NCBI RefSeq assembly: GCF_002571385.2
Contig: NW_019218803.1
Location: 1 to 64,000, forward strand
Length of the DNA stretch: 64,000 nucleotides
DNA from: Stylophora pistillata
Taxonomy: Eukaryota
Direction: 5' to 3'
Shown here in pieces: positions 52,101 through 63,146 of the stretch (positions are counted from its first letter, which is position 1; every line of letters begins with the position of its first letter). A model generated the notes under the pieces. That model did not search any database. It was not told the DNA's origin and saw nothing but the letters and a program-made list of their open reading frames with translations. The position numbers were made by a program, and so were the translations under genes.

Positions 52101-52132
52101 CGCATTATCCAATGATCTAGTTTTTAATAATA
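51837..52132. mobile_element. Interspersed repeat with a long terminal hairpin
   Basis: Inverted arms TTCCAC.GCGCG.GTTGGATATGAGATGAT..ATAGCCAAC / GTTGGCTATAATCATCTCATATCCAACAAG.GCGAGTGGAA. Confidence 0.65.
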
Positions 52133-52318
52133 TTAGTTACTTGTACGTATATGCTTTGAGTGAAATCAGAAATCTTCAAGAAAATTCAGGCCTTTTAAAG
52201 GTGGTCTGAGATTAAACACTTTAAAAGTTAAAATGAAAGTCAGCTTCATTCTAGTATTATGCAACTTAAAAGTTACTTGTTATTTTTACAAGCTATGCTT
52301 GAATGATGTCATGATTTT

Positions 52319-54758
52319 TCATTCGGTCTGTTTTTTACCGAAACTACCTAACAATTTTCCCATGTGTGCGTTTACATATGCAGCAGAAGAAGGTCGGCAA
52401 AGTGGCTTTGTTCCAGTCTTCCTTGGTAATTTTTTTTCTGTCTTCATGGGAACGATATCACCTGGATGGTCTTTTACGTCTTTTTTCTCCTTCGCATCTG
52501 TGCTTTTCTCATCGGATGAATTGTTCTGCTTTTTGTTCTCTGGCATGATATGCATGTAACGCCGGCTTACGTTGCAGTTTTCGTACAAGGGATGTTTTTC
52601 TCCTGTCTTTTTCTGTTTCATCTGAAGATACCCTTTGCGACCTTTAATCGTTTTTCCTGAAGGTGTATCGCCTTGCACGTTGCCTTCGATGTTACATTCG
52701 TTGCCATTTTCAGCAGCTTCTGATGTGTGACTTTGGGCAGCACCTACTTTGCCATTTTCCAGAGAATCATCACGAGCTTTGCGATTTACATTCTCGTAAG
52801 TGGGTTCTCCTTTGACCTTGGACGATTCTTGTTGTCCTACGTTCTGTGTCTCAGCTACTTCCGTAGATCTTTTGGGTGGACTAAAGTCCTCTCCTCTCGT
52901 GTCCTGTGTTTCTGTAAGCATCATTTCATTTTGTTCGCTCAAGGATCTATCTTTTCTTTTTTTCATCTTGTAACAATGCAAAATCACAACAAAGAGGAGT
53001 GTTGGGAAAAATATAGAACTGGCTCCGATTGCTATGCCATAAAGGAATATTATCGGCACTCCAAGCATTCGTTTCTCTGTAGTTCCTTTAAAATAAAAGA
53101 AATGAGTTTCTGAATAAATCATCCTAAGTTATGTTAACTTTGAAGCATCAAGTTAATTTTAGCCGAAACTCAAATTGTTTATTTCAATCATTTTGTAAGT
53201 GGAAGCTTTGAATGAGATAATCGTTGTAGTGGGAGAGGAAATGAAGAAATAAAAATGTCGCATCCGGCGAGGAATCGAACCTCGGTCTCCCCCGTGATTT
53301 ATCGTGAGCAGAAACCATGTACTACAAACTAAATAAGGACAATTGGCAGACTAAAAGAACTGCGCTTACCTTCACATCTGCAGCTGGTTGGCAATCCATT
53401 ACAGTCCGTACAGCGGTCAAGCAATAACTTGATAGTTGAGCAATTGTTGCCTTTCAAAGGTCCTAGTTTGATGTAACTATCATAACCACACTCCCATACT
53501 TTCGTGTTGTTGATCGGTATCCATCCGCTGCAGTTGGCTGGATGTACTGAAAAATTTTCAAATTGTTTGTCAAATTTGGATTTAAGACGGCACTTGACGT
53601 TCAAGCCAATATCTTTGATATCCTTTTGAACCATTAGATCTCTTGTGATTTAATGTATATTAATTAGACCGGGCCCTAAATTGGATACGGTCTGCGATCA
53701 AAGTCAAGAAGAGACTCATTCCAATGAGAGATATAAAAGTTGACTTCATAATCCCAAGAAAAGCCCGAAGTGAAATCTGTCGAGTCCATTGAATGTGTCG
53801 AGTAGTTTCCGTTTCTTAGGAGAAAATAAAATGATGGTATTATAATTTAGACTTATATTTTGTCTGTTTAACGAAAGCAACTTTGTCGAATTGACAGAAA
53901 CTGAAATACAAGAAATCAAGACGCCCGCTAAGAAATCACTATTGACCCGTTAAAGTAGCTATCGAGAATCACGATCGAACAACAAATTCAGCTCGCCGGC
54001 AAATTATTTGACAGGGAACAGCAAGCAAGGCGATGCATATCTGCAAAATTTTTGGTTACTGAGAACAGTTTAACCAGAGCACGAATCATAAACAAATAAG
54101 AAAATCTTATTCGAACAAATTTGAGTAGTCTCGAGATAGGGCCTGATTACATGAGCCGAGCTGGCCCGGTTAGCCGGGCTGATTTCTTTTGTTTTCACGC
54201 TTTGGCGAACACCAAAACAAAAGAAATCAGCCCGGCTAACAGGGCCAGCCCGGCTCATGTAATCAGGCCCATAGTCTCGTGTAGTCTCGTGTTGACATAA
54301 TCCGAACATGGTGCTAGTCTTCTAAAACCGGCTGGCTTTCAGAAGAACAATGTGGGGTTTGAAACAATTCGTGATTGAATCGATTAAGTGTTATCTGAAT
54401 GATTTTCGCTTTCTAAACGCGTAATTCATCAACCCTTCCTCAAAAATAAGTTCCTGAAGCTGAGCAAAGGAGAGACTTGGTATATTTAATGTTAATTTGA
54501 TTTTTACATGATCAAGCAAATAAAAACAACCCTTGTCACTTGATCGAGCATTAAGCGGAAAATCAAATCTGAGCTAAACATGGCAACATATCTGAAAATG
54601 AAAAAATATAGAAACTCAAAATCTTGTCCATCTAGTTGAATTTCTATTCAATCCTCACCTGTTTTACACCCACCGTGCGGAATCCGCAGTAACGTAAGTA
54701 AAGCAAAGCCAAATATTGAAAGGAAAATTTGCCGCAACGAACAAAGATTGTTCACCAT
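52319..54758 (-). CDS. Uncharacterised single-pass (type I-like) membrane protein with a Cys-containing ectodomain and a Tyr-motif-rich tail; 5' structure uncertain
   Basis: Candidate signal-peptide exon 54659-54758 (MVNNLCSLRQIFLSIFGFALLTLL). Cys-rich exon ending at donor 53370; its acceptor is unclear and there are in-frame stops upstream of 53634. The last exon 52319-53085 has a hydrophobic stretch (IIFLYGIAIGASSIFFPTLLFVVILHCY) followed by KMKKRK. Confidence 0.6.
53258..53330 (-). pseudogene. Degenerate tRNA-like remnant (3' half resembles tRNA-Asp/Gly)
   Basis: The minus strand reads CACGGGGGAGACCGAGGTTCGATTCCTCGCCGGATGC, with an intact T-arm but disrupted D and anticodon arms. Confidence 0.45.
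54139..54270. mobile_element. 132-bp palindromic MITE (PIF/Harbinger-like)
   Basis: About 55-bp near-perfect TIRs GGGCCTGATTACATGAGCCG... / ...CGGCTCATGTAATCAGGCCC, with a 3-bp TSD ATA. Confidence 0.85.
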
Positions 54759-55213
54759 ATCTGATCAGTGAGTGTCGCTTTGTAAGAGCTCACCAGAAAA
54801 TGAAGAACACGCTACTTTGTTGTAACTTTCACTTCTACTGGCTGATCACACCGACGCTCCCAACCGCGTTTGATTCATTGCCCGGAAGCCCAGCATAAGG
54901 AAGGGAAATCGAAAGAGGGCGGGAACTGAACTTTCCCCAGCGACATACGTAACACTTCCGGTGTCAAACGAATTAAAAATTCAATCGAATAATTCATTTG
55001 TTTGAAGTGCTCTTGCTTAGGCCTTTACTTAGCCGTGTAATTATCTTCCAAAGCATATTATCGATCTCAAGTTTCGTAAATATCCTTGATTTTTTGACAT
55101 TCTCTACTTCCGGTAGAAGCGATATTCGACTTTATGTCCCATCCCTCTTACGTTATCCTCTTCCGGTTGTGTAAACAATATGCTCTAAACTTGTGTAAAC
55201 AATATGCTCTAAA

Positions 55214-55599
55214 CCGCCTCCCGGTTAGCTCAATGGATAGAGCGCTGGACTGTTGTGCGGGAGGTCGAGGGTTCGAGCCCCGGCCGGACCAACACTCAGG
55301 GTCTTAAAATGATTGAGAAGAATTTGCTGCCTTTCTATAACATCAAGAAATGGTTAGATATTCTAGTCTTCTCGGATAGGGACGAATAAATGGAGGTCCC
55401 GTCTCCTGCAGGGTTGGGGTAGGAGACGTTAATTTCCCACACACGAGATTACTGTGTGATGGATGTCCTCCCCTGGGGTGGGATGGGTGGGAGGGTGGAC
55501 TAGCACGAATGGTTCCTATGTTCCTTTCTAGTCCTTCCCCACTGCAAAACTTAATGCAGTGAAAATGGACTAAATTAAACTAAATTAAATTAAAATTAA
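55214..55599 (+). mobile_element. Full-length tRNA-derived SINE with a (TAAAT)n-like tail
   Basis: Head GGTTAGCTCAATGGATAGAGC...GGTTCGAGCCC, central CACTCAGGGTCTTAAAAT...TTCTCGGATAGGGAC, and a simple-repeat tail. Second copy at 28875-29140. Confidence 0.88.
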
Positions 55600-56537
55600 C
55601 TTTGCGTGATAGAGCTTCTGTCTTAATTAGAAACTACAAAACCTGGTTCAATGTATCTTATCATTGCTTCATCGTCACAAAGGTTGTCTTCTGAAGTAAG
55701 TAATATATTGTTCATCAGTTCCCTTCGTTTTCCTAGTAGATTTAAACCACTTTTCTCGTCTACTGAGGCCACTCTAGACCATTCCACACCTGAAGTAAGT
55801 GCCAAAAACGACGTACATTTACCTAAAATCAGGATGTTGAGGCGGATATCCTCAATTGGTGCAACGAAAGAAAACAAAAACTTCTTCTTAAGAGCCTGCC
55901 AGAAAGACGTCGTGCAGCCAGCTTTTAGCTGGGTGCAGTTCAAGTTGTCCGCGTTCTTCGCGTTCATTCGGTTTGCGGATTCTCCGTTTTCGGTTTTCGT
56001 CAAAAATACCAATGGGTTTTCGGATTTGGTATCCAATGTGGTTCACGGTTTTTCCTTCTTGGGTTTCGGTTATTTTATAGACTCCAATGCCCTTTTTTTA
56101 ACCTACCAAATAAGCATTAAGAAACAGCTTCCTTGGCGAAATACATCTAGTGTGACCCTTTGACGTTTGCCTTTTCCAGAAGAAAAACATGAAGTCATCA
56201 TTTCCTGAGAAATTTACTTTATTCATAAATTTACATAGGATTGAAGTTCAAACATCGAGAAAATGATATTTTTAATCTCAATAAAGTGTCTAACATAACT
56301 ATTACAGAGCTATTTTTACTTTCCGTTCGACTAATTTCGATATCCAAGTACTGAGCCTGAAATTTTTATCGATAACGTAACTCTCCTTAGCACTACGCAA
56401 CGACTCATGCTCACGTAAACATTTTCACTGAGTGAGAGCTACCACACCGAAGGCTGAAAATGTCCTCAAGGAAGTAGGGCGGGTTTTTGAAACTTTGTCG
56501 AAGACGAGAATTCCAAGTCAAACGTGTCCACAGCTAC

Positions 56538-59500
56538 TCAAGTTGGAACCGTGAGATGTCCGCGAGTGCGAAGAATTGTCAAACCTGGTTCTTCCAAGAC
56601 ACAAACCCTCGAAAATCCAAGTTGAACAAGCTCGGTACCGACCTGTTTAGAGAATAAAAGAATAAGATATCTTTGGCCTCGTGCGTTTTTGGACTGAGTT
56701 TCACAAAACCAAAGGTGTTTCTGAGAACGAAGGAAAATATCACGAAATTTTTTGGGAATCTGGATGCAAAGCGGTAAACTGCGCGAAGCGCGGGAAAACA
56801 CGTGCAACAAGGTCGCAATTGGTTGAAGTCTTGTACCTGATTGGTTGAGAAAGCGGCGCTGGATTTCTGGACCAATCACAGTGCGACGTGAGGCAAAACC
56901 ACTGCGGTTCCGAATCATTTTTGACACTCAACTATGAATCGCTTGGAACGCGAAAAACGTATCGTGCGCTCATTCTACCAGCTGTATCACTGCATCACTA
57001 GGGGGGGGGAGCAGGGAGGGGAGAGGGGGGGCTCCATAACAAGTCAGCTTTATTCTACCTTAGCAGGGTAATTATTACGATTTCCCGCAACAATAATCAC
57101 TCTTCCTTTGAAGCTGATCAGTGTATTTGCCGCCGGTGATGGAGCCAGTCCACCCTCTTCAAGGAACGCCTGATTGTAAGGAATGTTGACACTCTCGGGA
57201 ATTTGGCCGCATGCGAATCTTTACGTTGAAAGATAATGGATCAAGGAAAACACAGCTAAAAATTATCGCTTCTTCTACCTATTGAGTAAATCCGCTAATG
57301 CAGACAAGCTTTCGTCGTTACGCGTCTTAAAATGAGGTGGTCAGTCTCCGTAAAACTAACGCGTATAACATCAGTTTAAGATACAATGAATATATGAAGT
57401 TCATATATTTTGAACTGCGGTTGTAGGTATGTATGATGCACGATCCTCTCAGTAGAAAGCGCTATTTATGTAATAGCGAAAATCAGACCTGAAAAAAATC
57501 AGGCCTGTACGGGATTCGAACCACTGACCTCTGCGATACTAGTGCAGCGCTCTACCAATTGAGCTAACAAGCCAACTGGGAGCACGCCGTTAAGTTGATT
57601 CGTAATAAACCTGTGATGATAAATCAGATGCAATGAATATATGAAGTTCGTATATTTTGAACTGCGGTTGCAGATACGTATGATGCACGATCCTCGCAGT
57701 AGAAAGACGTTGTAGTCTAAATTGTTATCTATACATTTTTAAGGTGCTGACAAGGAGAATTTGTTTAACAATCAAGAGCTTCTTTGGTTGGTGATCATTT
57801 TCTTTATTCTCCTGACCTTAATGTTTGATTCAGGGGTGATATTGTAAGGAGAAATTAGATGCTAGTCACTATGTTCCCATTCTAAGTGATTTGCCTGTGA
57901 ATGCTGTTTGCCTAACTCACTCAAAGATTAGAATGCCAATCTAACCTCTCAGAAAGGAGATCATCTTCGTCATCGTCGACAACTGTTGAGGAACAAGAAA
58001 CAGAACGTGAACCTAAACCTCAGACATACCACTCACGATACCTAGAATGCCATTCCCGAGGTTTTCGTGACTATAGAATTTAAGAGCAATAAAGCTATAT
58101 ATATGTCTCCTTAATAAAAAATTGTAATCGTCTTCCAACATCTTGCCAACTTACCTTTTAATAGATCATCAGTTTGAAAATCACCAACAGGAAGTTCTTT
58201 TAAGTTGAACGCAGCAGGAAATTTTTGAAATCCATTGGTTAGTTTCACCTAGTGGAAACCATGAAGTTATCTTTACAATATAGATGAGGCACAACATAGA
58301 CAAGTCACTGACAATTTAAAATTAGACAGTTACACAAGACATAGCCGTGGCACTTTAGGTTGAATTTAAACATCTCTGGAGACTCAAGGAGTAAACACTG
58401 TGAGTGCAATGTATTTGTTGAATGACACTGCCTGCCCTTTCAAACAGGAGTCCTGCTAAGAATTACCTTTCCTTTATCAAAGTCGGCAAACACTTCATGA
58501 TTCAGTAACTCACACGGAATAGGCCTAGGAAAAAAAACATTTAATGAACACCTTTTCATTTATCAAGTTCAAATTTGCAGCATTAAAATAAAATTAAATT
58601 GGAGATCAGTTGACAAGTACTCTCGCTATCTTAGGGGTCAGAGATCTGATGAACTTCCTAGGTTTACACTTATCTGGTGTGATTTGTAAAGGGAAAAATG
58701 TGAGTGAAGTAGTGCTATCACTTTCATGTTACTCAGCATGTGGATCAAAGTATATTTTTGTATACATGTCAGCATTCATCAACAAATGAAAAGTAAATAA
58801 ATAAAAAAAAGTAAGTAAAAGACATATAAATAAAAATAAACCTCTTAGTAACATCCACTGTTAGGCAAATTCTCAGAAAAGAAGACAAATCTGAAGGAAT
58901 TTCCTAAAGGAAAGAAAGACAAAACAATGCTCACTTTGAAAACCAATAAAATTAAATACAAAGAAGAATTCTTAAATGTATTTTCCTCTTGAATGTTGCT
59001 AACCTGGAGTTTTCCCAGTGCATGGCTGTCATCAAAGAGAAGTTTAAGAACTTCACTTGAAGAATCTGAAGGAAATTATTCAAAAGAGAAAAACATGGTC
59101 AGGAAAAAAGGACTATATAGATTGACTTGGAATTTGAAACAATTCTGTTATCTAATTTATCATGAACAAATAAACCGATTGAAGTTTTTCTATAACATAG
59201 CAATACTCCCACCTTGAACTCCTTTCACAAGAGAAAGAACTTTTAAAAAAATCTTTTGTATGTGATTGTTTTCAGATTCACTTGCCCAAAGAGATCCTTC
59301 CTAAGAAATAAAAAAAAGGTGATATGCAGAATGATGTTCCCACCACGCACACAATTCACTTTACGTTTGTAACAGATTTAGTTAATTTGATGGCCTGCTC
59401 CCAGTTGGCTTGTTGGCTCAATTGGTAGAGCGTTGGCTGCACTAGCATCGAAGAGGTCAGTAGTTCAAATCTCGTACAGGCCTGAATTTTTTCAGGTCTG

Positions 59501-62115
59501 ACCTTCACTATTGCTTAAATAGTGCTTTACTGCAAGGGTTGTGCACATATACATAGATTTAGTGCTGTAACCTAGGGTCTTGGTAAAATCATGATCAACC
59601 TATAAATTGTAATATTAATAAAAATAATATTGGTTAATTTTTTAAAAAAGAAATCAGTACCTACCAATATCATGTAAATCAAAACCATTCCTAAAGACCA
59701 AACATCAACCTAAAATAAAGCAAAATGGCAAAAAAGTCTCAAACTTGTAATCAATATGCAAGTTTAAAGTCATGTTGTGCATCAGAAGTTCAAAATTTCA
59801 AGTCAAAATGAATCAAACTGGTTTGATTTGTATTTTTTACTCAATACTTTATTCTAAGTACTTTCCATTATTCTTTTACCCTTTATACCCTAGCATCAGT
59901 ATGTATATTCTCCATATTGTTCTCTATACATTTCTGAAGGTGCTGACAAGGAGAATTTGTTTAACAATCAAGAGCTTCTTTAGTTGGTGATCATTTCTTT
60001 TATTCTCATGACCATAATGTTTGATTCAGGGATGAAATTGTAAGGAGAAATTAGATGCTGGTCACTTTTGGGGGTCAAAGGGTTCACTGAAAAGCAATCA
60101 GAAGCATTCCAAAACACCCTTTTTAGCTTGGCATTTTTCTTTTAGAGTGGGCCCAACAATTACAACTCCAAAACAACACCACTTTAGAACTTAGTGTAAG
60201 TAACACCTACCTTGGGTCCTGATGGTCCAAATACAGGAGAGAGGCCTTGGCCTGCTAAAACCACCTCAGGAGCCATGAATGCTGGACAACTGCACAAAAA
60301 AAAATTAATATGCTTTGAGCTAGGAAATACTTATTTTTTGCATCACAGAGAATATCACTTTTCAGTCATTAAATAAGCAAGCCACGCTTTTAATTTCAAG
60401 GATAATCAAAGTTAGTAGCTTTAACCATTTATTAGTTCTATGTTACTGGTAACTTTTCAATCTTTGTCATTGTCATCTTTCATATCCATTTTCCTTCAAA
60501 CATGTACATAGAGCACTAACTGAAATACAGCTCACCCAATTGGAAATGCTACTCGAGCCCCCGAACCAGTCATATGATATAAACAACTCCTAGATAATTT
60601 GACTTGACCCTGAAAAAAAAAAGATGTTCTCATTATTACTCTACAAAGATAAACAGACCTTAAGTACCTACTAAAATATAAAGCAGTTAAGATGCTATAG
60701 CTTACTAGATCCTGATCAAGAGCTCTGGATTGAAACCACAGTCATGTCACTTCAGTTGTTTTCTTGAATAAGACAGTTTAATCTCACCATGCCTCTCTCC
60801 ACCAACGGGTGTAAATAGGTAAAGCAAACTGTCATGGAAATATTTTCTTTCAGCCTGATGAAGGGCTAACACTCAAAACTTCAGCTTTGAAACTCTTAAC
60901 AGTGGCCAACTTATCAACTGAGTTGATAAAACCAATATTACCTTGTTACTCCCACCGGCGCAGCACCACAGGTTCTAGAGAAACTTACCTTCTTTATTCA
61001 TTTGTAATGGAAATAGTGGGACTTGAATGGACTGGAATTCAGTGCAGCAAAAAAATTGCACCAACACTGGGATCATATAACAAAACTATTACCCAATACT
61101 TAAAAAGACATTCGATCATGACCAAGAATTGTAAAGTTCCTAACCTTTGGGGTGAATACTATGTTACCCGGGGACAAATTCCTATGAACGATGCCTTGTC
61201 CATTGAGAAAGGAAAGACCTTGAACAACTTCAAATGCAACTCTTTTGATATCAGTATAACTGCAAGATAAAAATTACATGATCATTAAAGATTAATTGAT
61301 AACATCTAGATTCAAACACTCTTGAAAATAACTGTCAAACATTTTAAATATTTTTTTTCAAAAATGCAGTGTTACTGGTAATTATTATCACCGTATCTTG
61401 TGAGGAATAAAGCTTGTGGATGACCTACTGTAATAGGGGAAATTCTCTCAAGGTGTGTGGATGATTTCTTTTAAGGATACCTCAATTAAGTGTAAGCCAA
61501 TGATCTGCTAAAAAACTCACCTAAATTTTTTACCATTTTTCAAAGCAAGCTGTAAATTTTCAGGATAATACTCCTCAGCAACTATAAGCCTCTCTGTAAA
61601 GATGTCAAGAAGTCAACAGTGTGATTTTGCTAAATCACCGCAATTAATCAACAGTCATTTAATTTTTGCGGGTGTTGAAGTTCACATCCCTTTATTTTGC
61701 ATAAACAAGTGTGTGCTATCTAGACCCACACTAAATTATGTTTTTGTAGTGTAATAATTGCATGCCTAATGCTCAAACCTCATGCATTAAACAGGGTGGT
61801 ACACTGGCACAACTGCTCCCCCTCTCGGGGCCCATACCCCCTCCTCTCTTCCCTGCTCTCGAGGGAAGTTTCTGAGGTTTCTAAGTAGATATTTGACCAT
61901 TTTCCAAGAGTTATTGTCTCACCATGTTTGGCTCTGATGATATCCAGATACTGACATACATTTTGATGGCAAAGAGTTTTCAATCGCTGAAACCGACCAA
62001 TGATCACGATGGAATTTGGAGTGAGGGGAAGTCCATTTGTACCGCACTGATCTGTTGGATGGGGACACGGAAAAAACGTCGAAATTCCAATCTGCGCTTG
62101 GCCAAGAGTACCCAT
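56538..62115 (-). CDS. TBCK: TBC domain-containing kinase-like protein. As assembled it has only the pseudokinase and a partial rhodanese domain (414 aa, 14 exons); the TBC domain is absent
   Basis: Exons 61923-62115, 61521-61593, 61145-61259, 60536-60609, 60211-60289, 59665-59709, 59213-59300, 59004-59065, 58842-58903, 58467-58524, 58155-58248, 57946-57982, 57059-57218, 56538-56642. Phase-consistent, 1245 nt. Motifs CGTNGLPLTPNSI, HRNLSPGNI, LYHMT...FPIG, FMAPEV, DVWSLG, GQIPESVNIP and FKGRVIIVAG. Confidence 0.92.
57379..57706 (-). mobile_element. tRNA(Thr-like)-derived repeat, about 1.3 tandem units (period 247 bp)
   Basis: A terminal direct repeat of about 80 bp (ATGAATATATGAAGTTC.TATATTTTGAACTGCGGTTG) flanks a tRNA-like core with anticodon loop CTAGTAT. 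Confidence 0.85.
59370..59555 (+). mobile_element. Partial copy of the same tRNA-derived repeat
   Basis: CTCCCAGTTGGCTTGTTGGCTCAATTGGTAGAGCG...GTACAGGCCTGAATTTTTTCAGGTCTG. Confidence 0.8.
60850..61005 (+). mobile_element. Penelope-like pLTR fragment with degenerate hammerhead (TBCK intron)
   Basis: CTGATGAAGGGCTAACACTCAAAACTTCAGCT: CUGAUGA is intact and GAAA is mutated. Related to the copies at 9945 and 39630. Confidence 0.65.
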
Positions 62116-62448
62116 TTTCTTCAAGTTTTTACATCAATGAACATAATACGTTAGATTGCCTTTAAAGCGAATGAAACCGTCATAAAACCCAATCACTCCC
62201 AGGCAATACGAACGTTCGCCATATTGTTTATAGTTGGTAACCACCCAGGGCTTTGTAACCCGGCTAAAGAAATTAATCTTCGAGCATTTCATCAGTGAAT
62301 GAATTTTTTTATTGTTTCACGGAAGTTATTTCCTCTTAGTTCTAAGAAGGCTTTCCAAGTGATTTCCAGCGCCTTCCACGCAAATTTCACGTTTTCACAA
62401 ATCAGAGTTTTTCACGTGTCACAACATCCACGTGTTACGAACAACAAC
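62116..62448. promoter_or_regulatory. Putative bidirectional promoter TBCK/RARS1 with two E-boxes
   Basis: 333 bp separate the divergent ATGs. CACGTG at 62413-62418 and 62429-62434. YY1-like CGCCAT near 62217 and ATGGCG at the RARS1 start. Confidence 0.6.
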
Positions 62449-63146
62449 ATGGCGGACGGCAGTGTAGTCGAAGAATATTCTAAACGCGCAAAAACAGCGG
62501 TGAGGTTTCTTATCCTGCTCCCTCGAGCATTCCCTTGCATTGCTGTATTCTTAATATAACCTCTACTGTTTTTATATATATCAGGAGGATGAAATAACGA
62601 GTTTGAAGAGGAAAATTGAGGCATTACAAAATTGTGTTGTATCCGAGAATGAATCCAGTGAAAGTGCAAGTGATCCGGAGTTGGAAAAGTTTTTTACTGA
62701 GAACAGCAAGCTCAAATACCAAGTGGAGACCCTCAAGCGTGTAAGAGTAACTCCAACTCGCTCCGCAGTTACTTATTTTCCCTGAATGAATTCGACATTG
62801 TACAAAAGTTATGTGCGTTTGCTTGTGATCCACATCCACCGTACTTTCAGATGAACAAGAGAACAATTCCTCTTTCTTTCATGATCAGAAATTCTCCAGG
62901 ACCACCATTGTCATGAGGACGTTCTTTTTAGTTTGTTTTGAACATTCTCTTTTTCAGAGCATTGAGGAAGAGAAAGCCAATTCCAAGAAGATAATGACCA
63001 ACTGCCAGTTCACTCTGAATGAAATGTTTAAAAAAGCTATTGCACAAACATTTCCTGATCTGCCAGATGCTCCTGTCATGGTACAGGCCTCCCAGGGTGA
63101 AAAGTTTGGAGACTACCAGTGTAACAGTGCCATGGCAATTAACCAG
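62449..63146 (+). CDS. RARS1: Cytoplasmic arginyl-tRNA synthetase, first three exons (continues beyond the window)
   Basis: Exons 62449-62499, 62585-62740, 62958-63146. N-terminal leucine-zipper extension (ENSKLKYQVETLKRSI) and KFGDYQCNSAM. Confidence 0.95.

Noticed and set aside
55623-56163. Overlapping 137-aa (-) and 170-aa (+) ORFs downstream of TBCK
   Set aside because: No recognisable domain, the minus ORF has a non-ATG start with an upstream stop, and part resembles an AAAACCG-rich repeat. It does not look like the missing TBC domain.
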